64,000 bases of DNA from Nageia nagi. Lineage: Eukaryota; Plantae; Pinophyta. Position 1 is the stretch's first letter. The number at the start of each line of letters is the position of its first letter. Shown here one piece after another: positions 54,901 through 64,000 of this stretch. The notes beneath the pieces were generated by a model that did not search any database, was not told the origin of the DNA, and saw only the letters and a list, made by a program, of their open reading frames with translations. The DNA lies in contig JBITNC010000001.1 in assembly GCA_050084985.1 (NCBI GenBank), forward strand, positions 25,358,001 through 25,422,000, given 5' to 3'. Position numbers and translations under genes: made by a program.

Positions 54901-55349
54901 AATTTGCAGGTTTTAAAATTCATAAATATGGAAAAAATGAGCAAAAAAAGGAAAAATTTGCAATAAAAATTTGGCAAATTTGAGGGAAAAATGGTAGGTA
55001 TGACAAAAAATTGGTGGGTACAGCAAGGGATGGTATGCTTCTTTTGCATTTTTTGGATGTTTAAATGGAAAAAATGGCAAATACGAAAAGAATGATAAAT
55101 ACAAGAAAAAATGGCCACATTTTCAACCTGCTTTCAACATATTTTTCCCTTTTTTTACCATTTAAATGACCAATTTTTTGTAGTAAAAAATGTCATTTTT
55201 GGAGGGAAAATACAAATTTTTTGAAAAAATGGAAAAAAATGATATTTTTATGTTTAAATGATATTTTTTTATTCTATGATTAGTATGTAAGATGCTAAGT
55301 GAGGATTCCCCTACTTTAGAAATGGTTTGTTACCCTAAAAAATCTCCCA

Positions 55350-55950
55350 CTGCCTCAGACCATTAGATAGTTGCATAAAGTACTCCTAATATAATAACAT
55401 TATTAAACTATGATGTTTAAGAGCATCAAATTTCTTCATTTCCTTTAATTAGATTTTTTGTACCATATTTTGCAAGTTGTGATAAAGGAATTGAGAAATA
55501 TTAAACTATTCTAAGGGCAATACCTTATAAATATCAATAACTTTATATGGTATCCCATGAGTGTACCATATTGTCCATTATAGTTCAAGTACTTCATCAT
55601 CGAATATACAACCTATTTCTTCGACAAAGTATCACACTTAACACCCTAAGTATGTCCACCACTACTGTATAATTTTGTGTGACATTATCTTGGCCCATGA
55701 AATTTTTGAAGGAGGGCATTCTAATGATATCACTCAGTAAGACTATATCCCTCCATTGGAAGACCTGATACTGCACTAATTATTTCCTTAGTTAATGAAA
55801 TTATATATCCCTAAGATTGACAAAATTGGCCTCAAAGTTTTTTGCAAATTCCATAGCGAAAGTGTCATCTCACCCATGGTAGTACAATTGCTAGGTATCT
55901 GCAACCTATTTGATATGAATTCAAGAAGCTCCAAGAGTGTAGGTAGAGTT
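55350..55950 (-). pseudogene. Third, distant member of the retroelement extra-ORF family
   Basis: Minus-strand translation across frameshifts gives EFAKNF, AVSGLPMEG, MMKYLNYNGQYGTLMGYHIKLL, FNISQFLYHNLQNMVQK, LKHHSLIMLLY. The motif order parallels the ORF at 5400-6000. Confidence 0.5.
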
Positions 55951-57142
55951 TACAGGTAGGGTAGTATTAATAATGTCCCTTGCAAGTGCTCATTTCACCT
56001 CATATTTGTTAATCACCTCAGACCTCTTGATATGATGGTGATTAACTAATACATCATGTGAAGTTCACCACCTCTTTTATTCATTAGGATCTTACCACAT
56101 GGCATGACTTTATAATTTGTTAACATCAATCCCTAGTAGTCTGGAGCACCATTTCATAATACAAATTTAAAACCATTAATCCTAAGAATAAAATACATAC
56201 CATTATTCTATGATAGTTGATGTGATAATTACATCATTTGGATGATTTTTGTGTATGTTACCCATGTTGGCTTCACCTCCTCATTCCTAGCAAGGAAATT
56301 AACATTACGTAAGATCTCTTAGATGTTGCACCCGATTTCTTGATGTGACATTTTGGAATATGTGAGATACACATGTTAGTGTCAACATCGATGAACTCGA
56401 TCCCACAACATATTTATTTCTTCCTAAAAGAGTTGGAAAGTGATTATTTGTAAATTTATATTTCTGGAATGGTGACTTGGAATTATTCTAGAGCTCTAAG
56501 GTCACTTAATTTTGGAGCATAGTATTTACATATTTCTAGAGTACTTGATAACTCAATTATGTTCAGAATTGAGTTTAATTTTTTTAAGTTGAAAATTAGT
56601 TCAAAGCCACCAAAGACATTTCAAACTATAAAATAATGAGTGACTCTCGAATGTGAAGCACTAGAATAGGATCTGCAAATTTTTTAGAATGATGTCAAAA
56701 CTTCATATTTACCAATGGTGGAGATGAGTAATCATGAAAAGGATGCAAATCTACTAGGGTAGATGATTTCAACACGTAATAACTCTATGGAGACTATATT
56801 TTATTACTTTAAAACAAAAACCATATTACTAAAAATAGTTAAAACAAATCCTTAAATTGACAAATAATGATAACTATTTCGAACTCTAATAGTTGAAAGA
56901 AAATTTTAAAATTACATATAACTAAAAATAGTTGAAATAAAACCTTAAATTGATAAATATCTAAAAGTTGAAACAAAATTTCAAAATGAAATATAATTGA
57001 AAATAGCTAAAGTAAATGACCAAATTGATAAATAGATGAAATCCATTAATTGAGTGTAAGTAATTCATGATTCAATATTAGATAGTTCTACAAATACTAT
57101 TTTAATTACATAACAATATCAAAGTACTAAAATAGTCCCTTA

Positions 57143-57640
57143 TGAAGGATTTGAACTATAACTAAACAAATCCTCTAGGACCTTAGACTAGGAAACTCAA
57201 GATAACACATCTATAATTCTAAGAACATCATTCACACAATATGACACCAATATAATGTGGTTCCTCCCTCCTTGGGAGTACATCCACAACTAGCTCTCTT
57301 ATTCTCAAATCTATGTCTCTCTTACAACTATTCTCTAGCTCTCTCCTACACAACCAAGTAGAGTAATCTTACTCAAAACTTAGATATCTTTACATGAGGA
57401 GAGGCCCTCTATTTATAGGTTGAGAGCACCTCCCTAACCTTCCTTTAACCCAAGGGTAAGGTTAGGGTTACATTAAATGTTTCACCAAACTTCAACCAAC
57501 CAACTACCCACTTTGGTAAAGTCAAAGTCTACATATTAAAGAATTCTATTAATCATTTAAGGTATTTACATACCTTTAAGTGATTAATTGAATTTACAAG
57601 GAGTTTAGATATTCACAATATTTCATTACAAATTCTAACA
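57143..57640 (-). repeat. 3' LTR of Copia C
   Basis: Starts TGTTAG after the PPT and ends TCCTTCA like the B LTRs. Shares the TATA and hairpin motifs. Confidence 0.88.
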
Positions 57641-58127
57641 CTCCTCCTTAATGCAATATTGGGATAGAGCGTAGAAGAGAGAAGAGAGAGAGTAAGAGAG
57701 AGTTCTCCTCCATAGAGATACAAGTGGAGATGAGAACTTTTACATATTTTTGAGAATCTTTTTGAGAACTAGTATGAGATTCACTACATTACCATTTGAC
57801 AAAAATGGTTTACAATACAATCATTAACCACAACTAGTTTCACTGTACATAGTAGTCGATCAACTTTAAGCTGACATGTGAGTCTCCATGAGCTTGCTTT
57901 CTCAAGGTGAGTAACCTGCATTTCTAAAGAAGATCCTGCATGCTACAAGCAACTCATGAACAAAATCAGTTAGATGCATCATATATTCAAATAAGAGAAT
58001 CAAATAATGCCATCTTATAAATAACTGATCAATGGTGCACTATAAGCCATCACGGAGATGCCAAGCCATCACTCATAGTCACCTGTTGTATATAGACATG
58101 TGTTGATTTTAAAATAGAGCATAAAAT

Positions 58128-58422
58128 TGTACAATGAGTTTCTCACGCAGAGCAAACTCACCACGGAGGTATAGAATGTACAACAAGTTCATCACGCAGA
58201 GCGAACTTACCACGGAGGTATATTAAATTACATGCTCAAAATTTGTACAATAAGTTTCTCACGCAGAGCAAACTCACCACGGAGGTATAAAATGTACAAC
58301 AAGTTTGTCACGCAGAGCAAACTTACCACTGAGGTATATAAAATAATCAACACTCTATAACAACAATTGTACAACAAGTTTGTCACGCAGAGCAAACTTA
58401 CCACGGAGGTCTAGAATGTACA
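58128..58422 (-). repeat. Five-unit tandem hairpin repeat in the 3' UTR of C
   Basis: ~44-nt unit TGTACAA..AGTT..TCACGCAGAGC.AACT.ACCACGGAGGT on the + strand, with short variable linkers. Confidence 0.93.
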
Positions 58423-58470
58423 ATCAAAAAAAGGCCTCTTAGAGGTGAAGTTGTCATCACTAACAAAAGT

Positions 58471-61400
58471 TTAAACTTCACTCCCCCTTGAGGGCAACTT
58501 CACCAACCCGAGAGAATCCCTAAGCTTGCAAAACTGAGCTTCAGGAAGGGGCTTGGTGAACAAATCAGCGGAGTTTTCAGTAGATGGACAATACTGCAAG
58601 TGTATGATGTCATCTAGAACCTTCTCCCTGATAAAATGAGCTTGGATTTCTACATGTTTGGTTCGCTGATGGAACACAGGATTCTTAGCCAAAGAGATAG
58701 CCGATTGATTATCTGACAAAATAAGAGATGGGCCATTTTGCTGATACCCAATTTCGTTCAGAAGATGTCTTAGCCAAATAGCTTCTTGGGCGGCAACAGA
58801 CATGGCTCGATATTCAGCTTCGATGGTAGAAAGAGTCACAGTAGGTTGCTTCTTGGAAGCCCAAGAGATAGCACCTGAACCAAGGCTAAACACATATGCA
58901 GAGGTTGATTTTCTGTCATCTCTATCTCCCCCATAATCAGAATCTGAGAACCCTGAGAGAACAATCGAGGGCACTTTGGAATACTTAAGAGCAAGATCCT
59001 TTGTCCCTGCGACATACCTCAAGATTTGCTTAACAGCATTGAGGTGTTCAACATATGGTTTTTGCATGAATCGTGCCATGAGATTCACTGCAAAGGCAAT
59101 ATCAGGACGAGAGATAGTCAGATACAGAAGACTACCAATCAATTGTCTATAAGCTGTAGCATCAGCCAACTGAGAATCTGAGCTCAGTGAGACAACGATT
59201 CCAGGAGAAACAGGTATTGCAGCATATTTACATTCGTCCATGCCAAACTTTTGCAAGATGTCTGATATATACTTAGATTGACTAAGATAAGTACAATCTT
59301 TGTGTTGGTATACTTGCATCCCAAGATAGTAATGCAATAGACCTAGATCAGTCATTTCAAATGTTGCCTTGAGTTTGGATATGCACTCTTGGATGATTTC
59401 AATATTATTACCTGTGATGAGAAGATCATCCACATAAAGGAGAATTATGACCATGTCTTGTCCTTGATTGAGTACATATAGATCTGAATCTGAGAAGCAC
59501 TTAGAAAAACCAATATCTGCAAAGAATCCTGAAATTTTCTTGTACCATGCTCTAGGTGCTTGCTTAAGTCCATACAAAGACTTCTTTAGTTTGCACACAA
59601 GAGTCTCTTTTCCTTCTGGAATAAATCCTTCTGGTTGATTCATGTAGATTTCAACATCCAAGTCACCATTGAGAAATGCACTTTTGACATCAAGTTGAAA
59701 AGCTTTCCATCCTTGAGCTGCAGAAAGAGCAAGAATTATTCTGATAGTAGGCATCTTGGCTACAGGAGCAAAGGTTTCCTCATAATCAATACCATATTTC
59801 TGAGCGAATCCTTTGGCTACTAACCTTGCCTTGTATTTTTCAATTTTTCCATCAGAATTGTACTTGACCTTGTATATCCATTTATTGCCAATCACATTTT
59901 TCTCATTGGGATAAGGAACCAAATCCCAAGTTTCATTTTTCATGAGAGCCTCATACTCAACTTTCATAGCTTCCATCCAACACTCTTGCTTGGAAGCTTC
60001 TTTGAAGGTTGATGGCTCATGCATATTATCAATTTTGGCAAATAAGGATTTATTCAAGGTCATACTTCTTGTAATTCTCTGTGCTGGAGAATTTTGCTCT
60101 TGTGGTGACTTCTCTACATGATCATCCAACCAGTTAGGTGCAGGCGAAGAATCATCTGAATCAGATATTTCAGCATGAGAGGTCGTATCCTCAGAAAGTT
60201 CATTGAACTTAACATCCCTAGACACAAAGACTATTTTATGGGATGAAGAGTAGAGCCTGTAACCTCTATGCTGATTATCATACCCCACAAAGATGCATTT
60301 TTCTGATCGTTTATCTAGCTTCTTTCTTTTCTCTGAGGTAATGAAGGCAAATGCATCACAACCGAAGACCCTGAAGTGTGAGAGGTTAGGTTTCTTTCCT
60401 GTCCATGCTTCATATGGAGTTTTACCTTCAACTGCCTTAGTAGGACACCTATTTAGGGTGTGAATAGCAGTGTGAACAGCTTCGCCCCATAAGAAACTAG
60501 GAAGGTTACCCAACATGCATCTTGCCATTTCCTTAATGGTGCGATTCTTCCTTTCAGCAACTCCATTTTGCTGAGGGGTGTATGGGATTGTGAATTGTCG
60601 CTTAATCCCGTGTTTAACACAAAAGTCGTTAAACTCATTGCTATTATATTCACCCCCATTATCCGATCTCAGCATTTTGATCTTAAAATCAGTTTGATTT
60701 TCAACAAGTGCCTTGAAGTCTTGAAACCTATCAAAAGTTTGATCCTTGTGCTCAAGTAGATAACCAAATGTCATCCTACTGAAGTCATCAATGAAGGTCA
60801 GAACATAAGAAGCTCCACCTAGTGACTTAGTCTGAAAAGGACCCATCAAATCTGAATGCACAAGCTGAAGAGGACAAGTAGCCCGAGTTGCCTTATCTTT
60901 TTCAAACTTTTGCCTATGCATCTTTCCTAGAATGCACCTTTCACAAAGACCAACTGTGGGTGAAATATTAGGTAAACCTTCCACAAGTTCTTGAGTTTTC
61001 ATAGCTTGAATACTCTTGTGGTTAAGGTGTCCTAATCGTTGATGCCAAAGATTACCTTTTGAACAAACATTTGTAGCAAGACAAATCTTTGAAGGTACTT
61101 GATCCACAATATAAAGGTCATTCTTTACTGATCCTTTCATTAAAGTGGCAAGTCCTTTCTTAACACACCAAGAGTGTGAGGTAAACTCAAATGAGCATCC
61201 TTTCCTTGTAATTTGAATCACGGAGATGAGATTCATCCTTAGTTTAGGCACATAAAAGACATTATCAAGAGTCTTTCCATGAATCTTCACACTCCCTATT
61301 CCGTGAACATCAAGGACTGTATTATCACCTATCACAACTGCATCCTTTTTGTACTTATGAAAGTTTTCAAACTTATCTTTTTCATAACACATGTGATTAG

Positions 61401-61995
61401 TGCATCCTGTATCAACAATCCACTCATTTGAAATAGTTTGAGTCATTGAGTAGTAGGCAACAGAAGCAGCATGCTTGTTCTTCTTTTTATTATTGAAATT
61501 TCTCATATTTGCATTTCCCTTTCCTTTTTGAGCAAATTTCTTTTTTGCGACAATCATACTCTTTGTGCCCAAAGATGCCACAGAAGTTACAATTCCCATC
61601 AAACTTTTCTTGAGGTGTTGGATTGCTTGATCCTGCTTTATCATTCCTGTGCCTGTAGTTGCCATGATTGTTGTTGTTGTTGCCCTTTTTGTCATACTTC
61701 CTGAAGGTAGATGAGGACTTTTGTCTTTGAATTTGTAATGTTTGAACTTTTTCTTGAAAGGAGTTTTGGTTGCTCCTAGAGCAATGCTATGGTCCTTTGG
61801 AGAAAGGTTCAACATTTTCTTGTTCAAAGTTTCCTCATGCTTTAGAAGAAGTCTTGAAAGGTTATCTAGTGAGATGACATCTTCTTCATCATCGAGCCTT
61901 GTTTCCATAACTGTGACAAAGTTGCTGAACTTTGAAGTAAGGCTTTGTAGAATGATGAAGACCATGAACTCATCATTGATCAGTTGCATCCACAA
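58471..61995 (-). CDS. Copia polyprotein of C (gag C-half, protease, integrase, RT, RNase H)
   Basis: 1174-aa open frame: WIVDTGCTNH (PR), WHQRLGH...CERC, HSDLMGP...SDNGGEY...QNGVAER (IN), YVDD (RT), SDSD...SDNQSAI...ADLFTK (RNase H). Confidence 0.96.
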   Translation of the reverse strand: MWMQLINDEFMVFIILQSLTSKFSNFVTVMETRLDDEEDVISLDNLSRLLLKHEETLNKKMLNLSPKDHSIALGATKTPFKKKFKHYKFKDKSPHLPSGSMTKRATTTTIMATTGTGMIKQDQAIQHLKKSLMGIVTSVASLGTKSMIVAKKKFAQKGKGNANMRNFNNKKKNKHAASVAYYSMTQTISNEWIVDTGCTNHMCYEKDKFENFHKYKKDAVVIGDNTVLDVHGIGSVKIHGKTLDNVFYVPKLRMNLISVIQITRKGCSFEFTSHSWCVKKGLATLMKGSVKNDLYIVDQVPSKICLATNVCSKGNLWHQRLGHLNHKSIQAMKTQELVEGLPNISPTVGLCERCILGKMHRQKFEKDKATRATCPLQLVHSDLMGPFQTKSLGGASYVLTFIDDFSRMTFGYLLEHKDQTFDRFQDFKALVENQTDFKIKMLRSDNGGEYNSNEFNDFCVKHGIKRQFTIPYTPQQNGVAERKNRTIKEMARCMLGNLPSFLWGEAVHTAIHTLNRCPTKAVEGKTPYEAWTGKKPNLSHFRVFGCDAFAFITSEKRKKLDKRSEKCIFVGYDNQHRGYRLYSSSHKIVFVSRDVKFNELSEDTTSHAEISDSDDSSPAPNWLDDHVEKSPQEQNSPAQRITRSMTLNKSLFAKIDNMHEPSTFKEASKQECWMEAMKVEYEALMKNETWDLVPYPNEKNVIGNKWIYKVKYNSDGKIEKYKARLVAKGFAQKYGIDYEETFAPVAKMPTIRIILALSAAQGWKAFQLDVKSAFLNGDLDVEIYMNQPEGFIPEGKETLVCKLKKSLYGLKQAPRAWYKKISGFFADIGFSKCFSDSDLYVLNQGQDMVIILLYVDDLLITGNNIEIIQECISKLKATFEMTDLGLLHYYLGMQVYQHKDCTYLSQSKYISDILQKFGMDECKYAAIPVSPGIVVSLSSDSQLADATAYRQLIGSLLYLTISRPDIAFAVNLMARFMQKPYVEHLNAVKQILRYVAGTKDLALKYSKVPSIVLSGFSDSDYGGDRDDRKSTSAYVFSLGSGAISWASKKQPTVTLSTIEAEYRAMSVAAQEAIWLRHLLNEIGYQQNGPSLILSDNQSAISLAKNPVFHQRTKHVEIQAHFIREKVLDDIIHLQYCPSTENSADLFTKPLPEAQFCKLRDSLGLVKLPSRGSEV

Positions 61996-62396
61996 CCAAC
62001 CAGTTGTGTCCTGAGGTCAATGATTTTGTTTAAGTAGATGGAGGCACTTTCATCTTCACTTTGTCGATACTGCAACAACTTTTGTAGAATGGTAAACCTC
62101 CTTGAAAATTTGGACCCAAGGTAGATTTTCTTTAACCTATCCCAAGCTTCCTTAGCTGAAGTTGATGAAGAAATCATGAGAAGGACATCATCTGAAACTG
62201 CACGGTATATCATAGAAGTTGCTAACTCATTCTTTGAGTTGTATACTTCAAGAGCCTTCTCATCGGTAGGAGCAACCGCATCTTCACTAACTGTCTGCCA
62301 TAGCTTTCTTGCTTGTAACTCGGCTTTCATACGTGGTTCCCATATTCCAAAGTTGGAACCATCGAGTATGTGCTTGGGAACGAAGGTTTCAACCAT
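61980..62396 (-). CDS. Copia C gag N-terminal half (separated from the rest by a 1-nt frameshift)
   Basis: MVETFVPKHILDGSNFGIWEPRMKAELQARKLW...SAKEAWDRLKKIY. The true ATG is at 62396 by homology with B 13575. Confidence 0.9.
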   Translation of the reverse strand: MVETFVPKHILDGSNFGIWEPRMKAELQARKLWQTVSEDAVAPTDEKALEVYNSKNELATSMIYRAVSDDVLLMISSSTSAKEAWDRLKKIYLGSKFSRRFTILQKLLQYRQSEDESASIYLNKIIDLRTQLVGCGCN

Positions 62397-62549
62397 TGCT
62401 ACAAAAACAATAAATATGCAATAAGAATGTAAACTTTTACAATTTTTCCATCTATACATATAAAACAACTAATAAGCAAACATGTCCCACATGTGTAAAC
62501 TCATTAACCACGATCCATAGAAGGATAAAGTTGGGGTTGTTTTCTTGTA

Positions 62550-63113
62550 TAGAATTAGGCCTTCACCTGGATGCCCGCAAGGTGGAGCCCAGGTACTACC
62601 AGTCCTCAACCAGTTCACCTTGGTCAGTGATATACTCTCACAAGGAGAAGTACTTACTATTTTCCAAGGATCCGACGTATCTTGGACCGGCCATTTTAAT
62701 TATCTTGATTAAGGGTTTCAGTTTTCCTCCTAGGTTATCAGGATAATCCCTGAATGGACGTGCGGACATGTGGTATCACTACACACATGCCTGTCCACCT
62801 AATAGAGTTATGTCCAATCCAACAGAGGTCTTAGGGGCAATTAAGACGGACTTACCACCACTTGGTTCTTCGGACTAAAAGGGCTCCAGTCTGCCCTGTC
62901 CTCACCTCATGGCTCCCCAAACAAGTCATGTTGTGGAAAATACGTGCGGATGTATTCATTTTAGGGGTTACTTTTCACATTTTTGCGTATTGCAAGTATA
63001 AGCAAATGTGCAAAAAAATATAAAGTAAGGTGAAAAATACTCCATCCACACGAACTTGAAACCTTAAAAAGGCCAAAAAATTGAGTCCAATGGGTTTTGT
63101 TCTAACCCCTAAA
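62550..63113 (-). other. Conserved structured non-coding leader element of Copia C
   Basis: A GC-richer block with multiple stems, conserved with B 12779-13345. Confidence 0.7.
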
Positions 63114-64000
63114 GGACTTTTACATTGTTCACATTTTTCTCAAAGCACTTAATTAAACATTAAGAACTAAGTCCTACTTAGTATATCACGACTTAAAAAT
63201 TTAAGTAAGCATGCATCATGCATTAAAAATTTAAGTCCTAAGCATACTTAGTATTCATAACATGCATTGTATCATGACTTAAAATTTAAGTAAGCATGCA
63301 TCATGCATTAAAAATTTAAGTCCTAAATATACTTAGTATTCAAATAAGATAAAATTTAAGTAAAAAATTTATACCAAGGCCCCCCCTTTGTTACTTAAAG
63401 TTTTATCTCTAGAGAATCAACTTGTATGCTATGACTGGGCTTATAAGTGATGTATTTTAAGTAAAAGATTCCCTTAGTTACTTAAAAAAAATAGCATTCT
63501 TGAGATTAAATTACTATGCATGTGCACCTTTATTTAATTAAGCATTAAATTGGGAGGAGACCCAGACCCCTATTTTAAATGCTTTGTAATGCTTTGTCTA
63601 CCTTAAGGACTAAAAAAAAAAAAAAAAAAAAAATTAAGGCATTTAAGGTGACTTAGAAGACTTGCAAGGAGTTGGCAGCCATCAATCTTGACCGTGGAAA
63701 GGAGGAAGAGGAGGCTTGGCAGGGGTGGCAGGGGCCAAAGTCAACGAAGAGGCCACATAAGGCAGTGGAGGTTGTGAGAAGCGCGTGGGGTGGCTGTTGA
63801 CCAGCCTAGTTCGTGACCATTGCAGTCCATAAAACGTGTTTGCATCGTGCATCTTGGCAAACAAGTCATAGGAGTGGGAGGAGACTTAGTCAGCACGTGA
63901 GCAGGTGGAGGCATTCATGTTGAGCATATCCTGCGAGCATTACAATCCATGAAACACTTGTATGAGCATTTAGTACGTATCCTTCGATCTTTACAGGCCA

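Larger units (their letters stand above)
57143..64000 (-). mobile_element. Ty1/Copia element C (young, near-intact; 5' LTR outside the window)
   Basis: 3' LTR 57143-57640 (TG...CA), PPT AAGGAGGAG at 57641-57649, ~830-nt 3' UTR, gag-pol 58471-62396, and a long leader to the window end. Same family as B. Confidence 0.96.

Noticed and set aside
58128-58422. CRISPR-like repeat-spacer array
   Set aside because: Eukaryotic retrotransposon context, linkers are irregular and partly near-identical, and there are no cas genes. It is a tandem hairpin repeat.
61975-62000. Programmed stop or frameshift in mid-gag of C
   Set aside because: B is in frame across this site (its TAG is explicable as CAG deamination), so the C indel looks private or an assembly error.
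59635-62424. Plus-strand ORFs antisense to Copia C pol/gag
   Set aside because: Shadow ORFs of the coding strand, short and with no independent features.
62660-62860. Self-cleaving ribozyme (twister-like CCGGTCCAAG, pistol-like GCCCCTAAG, hammerhead-like CTGATAA...GAAA)
   Set aside because: Only isolated sub-motifs match. The required partner strands and catalytic cores are missing or not conserved in B. An Rfam scan would settle it.
63612-63633. Poly(A) tail of a LINE/SINE or retrogene
   Set aside because: It lies inside the Copia C leader as a T-tract in element sense. B has T-runs at the equivalent position and no TSD is seen.
63682-63864. Pro-rich upstream ORF in the C leader
   Set aside because: Short, arises from C-rich composition, and no conserved peptide in the equivalent blocks of B or Z.

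Overview
AT-rich, transposon-dense plant nuclear DNA. The retroelement ORF types suggest a gymnosperm, but that is inference. There is one host gene: a 10-exon UDP-arabinose 4-epimerase (MUR4/UXE-like, + strand, 22370-35570). It has a U12-type minor-spliceosome intron and two 1-nt homopolymer deletions that are probably assembly errors. Left of the gene is a nested retroelement stack. A degenerate Ty3/Gypsy with a tandemly duplicated extra ORF is interrupted by Copia A (6952-20916), which is in turn interrupted by Copia B (9989-18820). The 5' LTR of a related Copia Z lies at 1157-1697. At the right end is a young, near-intact Copia C (minus strand, 57143 to beyond the window end) of the same family as B and Z. 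The most interesting signal is this family's non-coding architecture. The ~3 kb leader holds a conserved, strongly base-paired ~550-nt block followed by a splice acceptor 2-3 nt before the gag ATG. The ~800-nt 3' UTR holds a tandem hairpin array with compensatory base changes plus further conserved stems, and the LTR holds a covarying hairpin. Together these suggest a retrovirus-like RNA cis-element system. Alignments and folds were done by eye.
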